This document shows, one piece after another, positions 27,856 through 40,645 of a DNA stretch of 64,000 bases. The stretch is taken from the NCBI GenBank assembly GCA_951406725.2, contig OX597818.1, forward strand, positions 46,128,001-46,192,000. Reading direction: 5' to 3'. Under the pieces are notes generated by a model that saw nothing but the letters and a program-made list of their open reading frames with translations, was not told the DNA's origin and searched no databases. Every line of letters begins with the position of its first letter. Positions within the stretch are counted from its first letter, which is position 1. A program made the position numbers and the translations under genes. The DNA comes from Octopus vulgaris (lineage: Eukaryota).

Positions 27856-28580
27856 AATCACACCCTAGCGGTTAAGGAAACCTGTGGAAGAGGTAGACCC
27901 AGGAAGACCTGGGATGAGGTGGTGAGGCACGACCTTCAAACATTAGGCCTCACCGAGGCAATAACTAGTGACCGAGACCTTTGGTAATATGCTGTACGTG
28001 TGAAGACCTGGCAAGCCAAGTGGGACCATAACCCGTGACCTATGCCAGGGGTGTAACCAGTGCACTTATGTGTACCTTTTCTTCATTGGACACTAAATTC
28101 TGCTTGCGAAGACCTGTTGAGGCAAGTGAAATCGAAATCAAATTCAATGACTGGCATCCATGCTAGTGGAGCACTAAGAGCACCATCCAAGCATGATCGT
28201 TGCCAGAGCAACTGACTGGCTTCCATGCCAGTGGCACGTAAAAAGCACCATTCGAGCATGATCGTTACCAGCGTCACCACACTGGCACGTGAAAATATAT
28301 TCAAGCAAGGTCGTTGCCAGTGCCGCTGGACTGGCTCCTGTGCAGGTGGCTTGTAAAAAATACCATTTAAGTGTGACCGTTGCCAGTACCGCCTAACTGG
28401 CCCGTAAAAGCACCCACTACACTCTCGGAGTGGTTGGCATTAAGAAGGGCATCCAGCTGTAGAAACTCTGCCAGATCAGATTGGAGCCTGGTGCAGCCAT
28501 CTGCTTTTCCAGTCCTCAGTCAAATCGTCCAACCCATGCCAGCATGGAAAGTGGACATTTAATGATGATGATGATGATGA
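27856..28580 (+). mobile_element. RTE-clade LINE 3' end (ORF C-terminus plus long repetitive 3' UTR)
   Basis: HTLAVKETCGRGRPRKTWDEVVRHDLQTLGLTEAITSDRDLW matches the RTE C-terminal GRP..W...DR..W pattern; the 3' region has ~55-60 bp subrepeats and ends in (GAT)n. Confidence 0.85.
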
Positions 28581-29778
28581 TTTAGTGGGATTAGAGGTTT
28601 GAATCTGAAGTCAGTGTATAAGGAAAAGACACATAGAATATACAAATTTAATTTCCTTTTTCTTTGTGACTTTTTTAGCCCATGGTAAGCATATATAGTA
28701 CTATTTCATTCCTTTTGAAATCATCAGCATGACATCACCCAAAGTATATTAAGATCTGCTGAAGTTTGTTCATAAATACACTATACAGTCTGTATATACA
28801 TATGCACAGGTTTCCATGCAATTTCCATCAAACAAATGTCTGTCACAAGGCAGTGGTCAACCCCTAAGGTTACAGTAGAATACACCAAAGATGTACAATG
28901 AGATTGAACACAGAATGACATGATTTTGAAGAGAACTGCTTAAACACATACTTCACCAACATATAGAGAGGCTCTGCTAAGTAATTATAATGACTACAAT
29001 ATAAGATGAAATGAGACTAAAGGTAACTCTGTGCAATATTGAGAAATATTCAAAAGATGATATATAAGTTTGTAGATTAAGTTCATATTTGTAACTGATA
29101 ATTAATTAGGGATTAAGGAGAAACAGCTTGAGATAATTAATTAGTAGTGGTGCTTATCTTCTGTCAGATAGTTGGATTTATTTTCTATAATTTCTCCCAT
29201 GGTATTCCCCATAGTATTTTGCAGCAGTAGGTGATCATGGAATGAATATTAGATAGACCTGTATTAAGTGTTTATTGAAATAAGCCATCAAAGGCTTCAG
29301 ATGATGTAAAAGAGGCAAAATGAGAAAATAAATATTCTTGCTGTAATTTATAACTTAATACCTAAGTTTATTCTATTCCTAGTTTCAGTCATTAAATGAT
29401 GGTTATGCCATTTTAAAGCACTTAGTTGATCATACGGACCTCTGTACTTACACATTTCAATCTGGTACTTATTTAATTGATCTCTGTTTGCTGAGCCTCT
29501 AAGTCATGGAAGGTAAAGAGACTGAGCATAAACACAATAGCACAGGCATGGCTGTATGATTAAGAAGCTTAATTTGCAACCATGTACTTTCGGGTTGCAT
29601 GATACCTTGGGCAAATTTCTTCTACTATAGTTCCATGATGACCAAAGGATTGTGAGTGGCTATGAGAGCTGGAACGTCTGCCACTACGTTCTTAATCCCT
29701 TTGGCTGTCCTTGTTTGTCCCCTCTATGTTTAGCCCCTTGTGGGCAGTAAAGAAATATATGGGAGCTGGAAACTGTGT

Positions 29779-30365
29779 GAGTCATAGAGAGTGATTTAAC
29801 TTGTGTCTGGCCTCGTTTTGTGTATGTAGTATTGATAAGACACAAAAATGACAAAACATTGTCTACTACTCCTGCAATGGGACTTGGCATGAGTTATCTT
29901 GCTTGTCTATGACTCCCAGGTGTATTGACAAAAAAATAATCTCTTACACCTATAATTCACAGCCTGCCCACAAACTGGCAAAACACATACCTTGTGTATT
30001 TATGTTTGATATTGTTTATATCCTTTGAGCTGCGTTTCATTCATATTTGAATTTTTTTCTGTGGTATTAAACATTGAGACATACCAGCACATGATTCTCA
30101 CACCATTTTGCACATAGTCATAGAAAGTGACTTAACTTGCGTCTGGCCTCATTTGGAGTATGTGGTATTGACAAGTCACAAAGTTGATGGAACATTAATG
30201 TCTACCACTCCTGCAACAGGACCTGGCCTGAGTTACCTCACTTGTCTATGATTCCCTAGTGTTTTAACACCAGGCATATTGATGAGAAAATATTCTCTTA
30301 TGACTATAAATCACAGCCTGCTCAGTAACTGGTAAAACACCTTCTGTATGTGTGTTCGATGTATT
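29779..30365. repeat. diverged tandem duplication (~335 bp period), each unit starting with a ~135 bp imperfect inverted repeat
   Basis: Units start at ~29779 and ~30116; GAGTCATAGA (29779) pairs with TCTATGACTC (29906-29915). Confidence 0.75.
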
Positions 30366-30637
30366 GTGTGTGTGCATGCATGTGCATGTGTGTGTGTGTG
30401 TGTGTGCATTTTTGTGTTTTTCCCCCTCACTCTACTTGAAAACCGATGTTGGTTCATTTATGTCCCATTTCAGCAAAAGAGGCAGATAGAATAAGTATCA
30501 AACTTTAAAAAATGCATACTGGGGTTGATTTTTTTCAACTAAACACTTTGAAGCAGTGCCCCAGCATTGCTGCAGTTTAATGACTGAAACAAGTAAAATA
30601 TGAAGGTAGATTTAAAAGAGATATCAATATATATACA

Positions 30638-30675
<38 letters not shown>

Positions 30676-30787
30676 AAATAATATATATATGTGTATGTGT
30701 GTGTGTGTGTATATATATAATATAAATAATATATGTATGCATATACACATATGTATACATACAAACTTACATGTATATGTATATACA

Positions 30788-31185
30788 GTGGCTGTGTGGT
30801 AAGTAGCTTGCTTACCAACCACATGGTTCCGGGTTCAGTCCCACTGCGTGGCATCTTGGGCAAGTGTCTTCTGCTATAGCCTCGAGCTGACCAATGCCTT
30901 GTGAGTGGATTTGGTAGACGGAAACTGAAAGAAGCCTATCGTATATATATATATGTATGTGTGTGTGTATATGTTTGTGTGTCTGTGTTTGTCCCCCCAC
31001 CATCGCTTGACAACCGATACTGGTGTGTTTACGTCCCCGTCACTTTGCGGTTCGGCAAAAAGAGGCCGATAGAATAAGTACTGGGCTTACAAAGAATAAG
31101 TCCCGGGGTCGATTTGCTCGACTAAATGTCGTGCTCCAGCATGGCTGTAGTCAAATGACTGAAACAAGTAAAAGAGTAAAGAGTA
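30788..31185 (+). mobile_element. near full-length tRNA-head composite SINE
   Basis: A box GTGGCTGTGTGGTAAG, B box GGTTCAGTCCC, internal microsatellite, tail ending AAAGAGTAAAGAGTA; CpGs largely retained. Confidence 0.9.
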
Positions 31186-32031
31186 TGTAAGCACAGGATG
31201 CCACAAAATGTAAACAACCTAAAATACGAAGTACAAGGATATGGAATATGAACTTATTTTGTGAATAACTATAGAAACAAATGGAAAACAAGACACACAA
31301 CACAAAGAACGACCCTTCATCAGTTATTGGCTGTTTTTTCTAATCTGTATTTCACGCATTTCACAAGATATGCCTTCGATAAAACAGTTGCTCCTGGAAA
31401 GCAAATCAAATAAAATTGGGGATTTTGCAGAGGGTCAAAATTGGTGACAAAAACAGGACAGTGAAATTAAACAGGAAGGGCTGCTAAGCCTAAACAAGGT
31501 TGTGGTGGTGAACACGAAGAAACAAGCTTGGACAGGAGACAGACAAGAATACGTCTTCCTTGTCCAGTTGCAGCAGGAAGAAAGAATGAAACACAAGTTA
31601 GAAGAATGGGAAATGACCGATGGTCACATATACATATATATATATAGATAGACAGATAGACTTTTGCACATTAGAGCCAGACTTGGAACCATAGGATTGT
31701 AAAGCAAACTTCTTAACCACAAACTTAACCACCTATTTGATATTTAATTCGAAACTTATATTTTCTCTTTATCTGGTAGATAGAAACTGAAAAGAAGCCT
31801 GTCACGCATGCACACATACACACACACACATGCGCCTTTTTTCAATATTTATTTTTGCTTGCAATAGCCAGTCCTTTTGGTCAAACTATCATATCTCCAG
31901 CTGCTTCAGATGCCAAGATATGGAAATAGTCAAAGTGGAATGCAACGGTTTTGCTATGGAATGGTAAAACTATTTTTTTGTTTTCTGAAAAAGCAATGTT
32001 TTGAACTTACGACATGCTTGCATAATAGTAA

Positions 32032-32061
<30 letters not shown>

Positions 32062-32072
<11 letters not shown>

Positions 32073-32350
32073 CGTGATCACCGTGACCGACCAGGCTATC
32101 AGATGTAGTTACACATCGCTGGTCACAATGCGTTCGCATTGTTTTAGCCTTCAAATGACGCCACCCCGCTAGCTAAGCGAGCAGGCCAACAGAAGAAAGA
32201 GTGAGAGAAAGTTGTGGTGAAAGAGTACAGCAGGGATCACCACCCCCTGCCGGAGCCTCGTGGAGCTTTTAGGTGTTTTTGCTCAATAAACACTCACAAC
32301 GCCCGGTCTAGGAATCGAAACCGCGAGTCCGCTGCCCTAACCACTAGGCC
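32062..32350 (-). mobile_element. tRNA-derived SINE (second family), young copy
   Basis: Minus strand TGGCCTAGTGGTTAGGGCAGCGGACTCGCGGTTTCGATTCC; similar to 12250-12505. Confidence 0.75.
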
Positions 32351-32505
32351 ATATATATATATAGGTGAAAAAGTTGGTATATATACATATAGGAATGAAG
32401 GAATCTGAAACACAGGAGAATAGCTGTGAAAACAGCTTTAGAAGATTGGGTATAAATGTCCCTATAGACTGAAAAAAGTGGCTAGCAGCTGCTACTAAGA
32501 GAAAC

Positions 32506-32549
<44 letters not shown>

Positions 32550-32851
32550 GATGAATATATACATAGATGAATATATACATATATATGTACACACACACAT
32601 AATATATACATTAGAGAAAAACCACTATTATGCAATTCAGACAACGATAGACATAAACCAAATCATAAATAAAAAATGAAATATATTTTTTAAAACATAA
32701 CTAGATCACAAAAAGTACAAAAATGAATAATCAATATATAATAAGTATATCTGTATATACACACACACATAGGTTCCATTTGCTCAGTTTGATGGGTCTT
32801 CTCAAGCACATCAATGTCAAAGGTCTTGGTCACTGCCTTCGTGAGGCCCAT

Positions 32852-32888
<37 letters not shown>

Positions 32889-33485
32889 TATATATATTAT
32901 TACTTATATATTGATTATTCATTTTTGTACTTTTTGTGATCTAGTTATATGCTTTGAAAAATATATTTTATTTTTTATTTATGATTTGGTTTATGTCTAT
33001 CATTGTTTGAATTGCATAACAGTGGTTGTTCTCTAATGTATATATTATATATTTATATTGTGAAGTTAGATTTATTACTAAATTGAATTTTTCCCTGTAA
33101 GTTTGGAGTTATACTCCCTAATATTATTATATATATATAGGTGTGTGTACATACATATATATCATCATCATCATTTAACGTCCGTTGTCCATACTGGCAT
33201 GTGTTGGACAGTTTGACTGGGCTGGCACACTGGAAGGCTGCACCAGGATCCAGTCTGATTTGGCATGGTTTTCTATGGCTGGATGCCCTTCCTAATGTCA
33301 ACCACTCCGAGAGTGTAATAGGTGCTTTTACATGCCACCGGCATAGGTTCCATTTGCATGACACTGGTATGTGACAGAACTGCAATGTTGCTCAGTTTGA
33401 TGGGTCTTCTCAAGCACAACATAATGCCAAAGGTTTTTGTCATTGCCTCCATGAGGCCCATACATACATATATATATACGCACAG

Positions 33486-33518
<33 letters not shown>

Positions 33519-33596
33519 GATATATATATATACACACAGTTATTAATTATTATTATATGTATTAATATGTGTGTGTGTGTATACAGATATATATAA

Positions 33597-33667
<71 letters not shown>

Positions 33668-36600
33668 CTTTTACCAGATTGTAGAAGCTCCCTCAACGAT
33701 ACAAAAAGTAATAACAGAAATGAGAACAAATCATTCACTTCAACCAGCAGTAACAATAACCTAAATTAAATAAAACTCACCGTTTCCTAAACAACCTTAA
33801 GGTCATAAGTTGTAGGTTCAATTTTATAGCTCTCTCTTAGTCCCAATTTGTTATAAGTCAACAAAACATTTAATAACAACTTCCAAATACTGTTAAAAGG
33901 TCTGTATGTTTTTACTTGATGAGTTGAAAGTCTTTCAACTTCAAATGTCAGCTGTTGCCATTCAAAGGCCATGAACCCAAATACAGGATTAGCACAATCT
34001 TTAATTTTCTACTGTTCTTTAAATGTCTCTGGCTAAGGTTGCTCTTAATATAATCTACTTCAGTTCATTCAACTAGAAAACTTGCCTCTTAATACTATAA
34101 TATTTTCTCCTTGAAAAGCAAAATACAATGCCGAAAAGATTCTGTATTTGTCACAGTTGACAAAAAAAGAAATGTCTTTTCTTTTTCTTCCTTTTTGTCT
34201 TTTTAATATTTCTATTTATTTATTTATTTATTTATTTATTGCCCTTTGTCCAGTGAAGTACTTGTACATGGATCATTGATGTTGACTCTATATTTTAAAG
34301 TAATTACAGATGCCAATTCTGTTTTATTTTGATTGTTAGTGTTGATTTGTGAGTCAATGTTACATATATTACAATAATTATGCTGCTGCATTATTACAGT
34401 ATCGATCATTATTCAACTATAAATTACGCAGTCAAATGATTTATTTCATTACATAATTTATAAATTTTCAAATAATATTAGAAATGTTGAAATGATTCTT
34501 TTACATTCTTTTAAAAGTAGTAAAAATAGTGAACCTTAAACTGTTTATGTATATTCAAAAAATATTTCAAATGTGTGGTTAAGCAATTCATTTTGCACCC
34601 ACATGGTTTTAAGTTCAGTCTCAATGCATGGTACCTTGGAAAACTGTCTTCTATAATCCCAGGTTGACCAATGCCTTGTAAATATATTCGGTTGATGGAA
34701 ACTGTGTGGAAGTCCAAAGTGTGTGTCTGTGTGTGTGTGTAATATATATGCAGGCAATCTGACGATGGCTTAGCTGGTCAAAACTTCAAATTCACTGTCA
34801 ACATTCTTGTATAAGGATGATAATTTAGAAGTATAGAGTAACCCATCAGATTAATGTAAAATTGTTTTTATTATAACTGAACATAAAAGCAAATATTACT
34901 ATATACATAAACATATGAAAGTTTATTTGCCTTCTAACTACTGCTGTTTGAAAACTGGTTTTGGTGTTTATGTTCTCATAACTTAGTAGTTTAGCAAAAA
35001 GAGACTGCTAAAATAAATACTAGAGTTAAAAAAGTAAGTACTGGGGTTGATTTGTTTGTCTAAAACCCTTGAAGGCAGTGCTCCAGCATGGCTGCAGTTC
35101 TATGATTAAAATGAATAAAAGAAGATAAAGATAATATGAGGATATAATTGAGTCAGAGACAAAGAATAAATATGAGAGAAATAAACGAATATCTCATAAG
35201 TGTATGTAGTTTGTTATTCTCTGACGCATGAATAAAAAAAAAGCTGTTAGTTTTATCTGGAAACCATATCATGCATTTATTTACCTATTATTTCTGACTA
35301 TCAGTATAGCATCACCATTTTCAACTATTATGATTGCATAAAAAATTCATGTAGTTCCAAAAATAGATATTCTTGGTTAAGAACAAGTGACTATTTGCCA
35401 AATATATTTATTGCCCACCTTTATAATAAGGATATATTAAAATGAAGTAAATATTGTTAGATATTCAGTGATGTCTTTGTTCTCAACTACATTTATTTTA
35501 AATTACTATATGGAAATCTTACCATAATATTGAAAAAAATGAAAATTACATGATACTATTACAATTCTCATTGTTTAGTCATCAAAAGAAAAAAATAGTT
35601 GAAAGATATATATTTTCCAAGACAGCATATAATATAATATTTTTGAGAGATAATACCAAAATCATACTGAGCTGCATTTATGCAGCAACAAGCAAAAGTT
35701 TTGGTATTGTCAGTGTGTTAGGAATTTCCAAATAGTAACAAGGTAATAATGCTCAATGCAAAGAAGTAAAATATGCAAAAAAAAAACAACATTGACATGT
35801 AAATGCCTTGAATTTTGTGCAGTTAATTCAAATTTTCAGTATTATTCTATGAAAAAGAATTTTAAGTCAAGCACTTTTTGAAAAAATTGCTACCATATTT
35901 TTTGAAAAAGGGAAAAATGTTCCAGTAAAATCTTTTGATAGGATATTGAAATTTTTTTTTCTTTGATATAGCAATATAGCATTCAGTTGGAACATTAAAA
36001 ACACTAGTTTTATTATTTAGATATTATATAAGGATTCCCTGAGGATAAGTGTTAAAATACAAAGTTTACATTATTGCTTTCAAATAATATACTGCAGAAA
36101 CCATATCTATTTCATATTTCATACCAAAGTTTTTTAAAATGTTAATAAATTGGGACAATGTTCATGATGAAATGGAAATTTCTCTTAAGAAATTCATTCT
36201 TAACAGTATTTTTGGATGTTGTGAATTTATTTTCTACTTCTGTAATTAATCCAGGAAGCACAGGCATGGCTGTGTAGTAAGAAGTTTGCTTCTCAATAAC
36301 ATGGTTTTGGTTTCAGGTCCACTGCATGGATAAGTGTCTTTTACTGTAGCCAGCCCAAGGTGATCAAAGCCTTGTGAGAGGATTTGGTAGATGGAAACTG
36401 AAAAGAAACCCATGTCAAACTGTCCGACCCATGTCAGCTTGGAAAGTGGATATTAAACAATGATCATATATATATATATATAAGTTCATTAAAATTTAGA
36501 TTCAGTTGAATATGGTACTTAAGTTAAAGGCACCAGAATTTAGTATGGTATTATCCATATATTAAAAAATGGGTTGATTATAATCAAACTTGTTGCTTAT

Positions 36601-37749
36601 TTTGCTTATATATATATATATATATATACTAGCATGGAAAGCGGACGTTAAACGATGATGATATATATATACACACACACACACACGTACATACATATAT
36701 ATGTGTGTGTATGTTATTCACTTTGCCTTCACATCATGCAAGTGGTGTCATTCATTTCCAATCTTCCATGAAGACATGTCTTGTCACGGGTAAATGTTAC
36801 TTAAAAATGGGTGAAGGTTGGCAGCTGGGAGGGCATCCACTCATTGAAAATCTGCTTCAACAAATTCCATCTGACCCATGCGAACATGGAAAAATGAATG
36901 ATAAATGATGTGAATATATAAGATAACAAACAGTGTAGAGATGTTGCTGTAGTAACTAACATTTATAAACTGCTGTAACTATTGTGTTGTTACTCTGAAA
37001 ATATCATGGGTTTTAGAAAAGGTATTCACCTATAAAAATATTTGCACTGAAAATCCTTAGTTTTAAAATTAACCACAATTTTAATGTCAAAAAGATCATA
37101 GTAAAACCAAATGAAGAAAAAACAGTCTGAGATTAGTGAATGGTTGGCTTCTTCTGATATGACAAATATGATTACAAGTGAAATGCAATTCAAGAACTGG
37201 AATGATTAGAGATGTAATTTATCCACAAGAACATTGCTATTGAATGCTTTTTAAAGATTAAACTAAATGTGACACACAAAATCAGACCAGAATCAAAATA
37301 TTTATTAATATTTTCAGTGATATTGATTTAAGCATGCTGTTAAATGCTTATGAAATTTGAATTAGAAAATGTACAGAATATTTCAAGGCGTAGCTGTGTG
37401 GTTAAGAAACTTGCTTTTCAGCCATGTGGTTTCAGGTTCTGTACCATTGCACAGCATCTTGGGCTAGAGTCTTCTACTACAGTCCAAGGCTGACCAATGC
37501 TTTGTGAGTAAATTTGAAAGATGGAAACTGCGTGGAAGCTCATTATATATATATATATATCAGTCGCCATGATAGATCGTTAGCCACTACACACATTTTT
37601 TTTCTCTCCTTGTTATTTTTTGTGTCCCTTTCTGTAGAAGAGCGTAGGCTTGAAATGTAAAAGACTTTTCTATTCCTGAGCGTTATACTAATATATCTGT
37701 TTGTTTTGTACACCACCTGTCTTCATCTTTTGTTTTTTTCGTAAATTCT

Positions 37750-37783
<34 letters not shown>

Positions 37784-38477
37784 TCCTTTAGGATTTGTAG
37801 TTTTGCAAGCTGACCTCAATAGTGGTATGAAAAAAGAACCCAGTACATGTCATAAAGTGGTTGGTATTAAGAAGGGTATCCAGTCATAAAAACCATACCA
37901 TGGCAGACATTGGGGAATGATGCAGCCATTGGACTTGTTGGATCCTATTGAACTGTCCAACCTATGCCAGTATGGAATATGGATGTTAAATGATGACGAT
38001 AATGATATATATATATATATATATATATGTGTTTGTGTGTATCTTTGCATACTGCTGCTTGATGACTTTTAAGTACTGGGGTTGATTTGTTTGACCAAAC
38101 CCTTCAAGGTGGTGCCCCAGCATGACTGACTGAACAAGTAAGATACATCAAAGAAGTTGGTTAGATATGAGTACACAAGTTTTACTAAATATTTTATTAT
38201 TTTCTATTATAAAATGAGTCAATACATAAAAGTACAATTTCATTATGCCAAAATATTGATTTTTAAAAAGTTAAATTCAAATAAATTTTAAGAACATTTT
38301 TGTTAATTGGAAATTCTTCAGCAAAAACAAAACAAAAAGAAACAAACAAAAATGGACTAAGCATAAAGATGCACAGATTTGTATTTCAAAAGGTGAAAAC
38401 TGTTTATAGGAATTTTAAAATAGAAATAGGAATGGCATTTGACCTGTATTAAAGTTAAAGGAGTGTAGTTTAAGAAT

Positions 38478-38700
38478 TTAACCCTTTAGCATTTAAACTA
38501 CCCATATCTGGCTCAAATATTTAACCTGTTCAGACAAGACAGATCTAGTTTCTCACATTGTGCCCTACAATGACAGTCTAAAAATAAAACAGTCACATCA
38601 TTAAAATCTTGAAGTTACAAGATAACGAATGATAAATTCAAAACAAGATGAATAAATAAGCATTACATTTGACAAAGTAATCTGAATGCTAAAGGATTAA
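38478..38700. mobile_element. piggyBac-type MITE (family A)
   Basis: TTAACCCTTTAGCATT...AATGCTAAAGGATTAA. Confidence 0.8.
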
Positions 38701-38898
38701 AGAAGTTATTTCAGTGAGCCACTAAGAGCATGTAGCAGTACTAATAGTTCAGGTGGTTATCAGAAATTATTGAATTCTTCAATGTTAGCAGAGTAAAATA
38801 ACTACAAAACTGATTTTTTCTCAGAAAAAAAGAGAGGGAAAAAAATCAACTTCTTTAACAAAAAAATATTTTCAGTTTTCTTTAGAGATTGGTTGTAT

Positions 38899-38958
<60 letters not shown>

Positions 38959-39324
38959 AATTAGAGATAAAACCACTATTATGCAACTCAAATAGTGATA
39001 GACATAAGCCAAAACAAAAAACAAATATATATTTTTATAAAACATATAACTAGATCTCAAAAAGTATAAAAATGAATGATCATACTTATTATATATTGAT
39101 CATTCATTTTTATGCTTTTTGAGATCTAGTTATATGTTTTATAAAAATATATATTATTTGTTTTTTATGTTTTGGTTTATGTCTATCACTGTTTGAGTTG
39201 CATAATAGTGGTTTATATTTTATATATTTATATTGTGAAATTCGATTTAATACTAAATTGAATTTTTCCCTGTAAGTTTGGAGTTATACTCCCTAATATT
39301 ATATATATATAACAAATAATTGAA

Positions 39325-40645
39325 TAATGTATGTAATGCAAATGGTTGTGTATGCATTGTATGATGTATGTATTGCAACAATTTGTACAATGTATTTACT
39401 GCAATTGTTTGTATGTATTGTGATTGGCTACAAGATGTATGTATGCAATTGGTTCTATACCTATAGTATCTGGTTGTACAATGTAATACAGCAAATGGTT
39501 GTGTATGTCTATATATATTGCAATTGGTTATATATCTATTGGTTTCAAATTTTGGCACAAGGTCAGCAATTTCTGCAGAGGGGGTTAATCAATTACATTG
39601 CCTCCAGTGCTCAGTTGGTACTTATTTTATCAACCCTGGAAGGATGGATAGCAAAGTCGACCTTGGTGGGATCTGAACTCAAAATATAAAGATGAATGAA
39701 ATGCCACTAGGCATTTTGCCAGGCATGCTAACTAATCTGCCTACTCACCACCTTTTATTGGTTGTATATATATATGTTGAAACTGGTTGTATATGGTATT
39801 GTATGATGTATATATTAAAACACATTTGTATATACTGCTGTTGTACAATGTATAACAATTGGTTCTATTATGTGTATATTGCAAATGGTTGCTTGATGTA
39901 TGCATTGTAATTGTTTGCATATGTATTGCAATATGTGCAACATATATGCTAAAATCACATTCGATGACTGGCATCTGTACTAGCAGGGTGCAAAGAGCAC
40001 CATACGAGCATGATCGTTGACAGAGCGGCTAACCGGCTTCCATGCCAGTGGCACATAAAAGGCACCATTCGAGTGTGATCGTTACCAGCGTCACCTTACT
40101 GGCACTTGTGCCCGTGCTAGTAGGGTGCCAAGTGTACCATCTGAGCGTGATCATTGCCAGCGCGGCTAACTGGCTTCCGTGCCAGTGGCACGTAAAAGGG
40201 CACCATTTGAGCATGATCATTACCAATGTTGCCTTACTGGCACCTGTGCTGGTGGCATGTGTAAAAAGATTCGAGCGAGGTCGTTGCCAGTACCGCCTGA
40301 CTGGCCTCCGTGCCGGTGGCACGTAAAAAGCACTCACTACACTCTCGGAGTGGTTGGCGTTAGGAAGAGCATCCAGCTGTAGAAACTCTGCCAAATCAAG
40401 ATTGGAGCCTGGTGCAGCCATCTGGTTCGCCAGCCTTCTGTCAAAATCGTCCAACCCATGCTAGCATGGAAAGCAGACGTTAAACGATGATGATGATGAT
40501 GATGTATGCATTGTGATTGGTTATATGATGTGTGTAAAGAAACTGGTTGTACAGTGTATGTATTGCAACAGTTTGCATGATGTAGTTATGGCAACAAGTT
40601 GTACAATATGTATGCTGCAACAGGTAGTACGATGTATGTATAGTA
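39325..40645. repeat. degenerate short-period tandem repeat (TTGTACAATGTAT..GCAA..GGTTG-like), split by a SINE (~39540-39750, -) and an RTE 3' tail (~39955-40503, +)
   Basis: The recurrent motif resumes on both sides of each insertion. Confidence 0.6.

Noticed and set aside
30788-30850. tRNA genes at SINE heads
   Set aside because: A/B boxes are present but there is no complete cloverleaf, and each continues into a SINE body.
39955-40330. Regularly spaced repeats resembling a CRISPR array (also 28140-28400, 56542-56740, 57640-57800)
   Set aside because: Eukaryotic context, whole units are homologous rather than unique spacers, no cas genes; they are subrepeats of the RTE 3' region.
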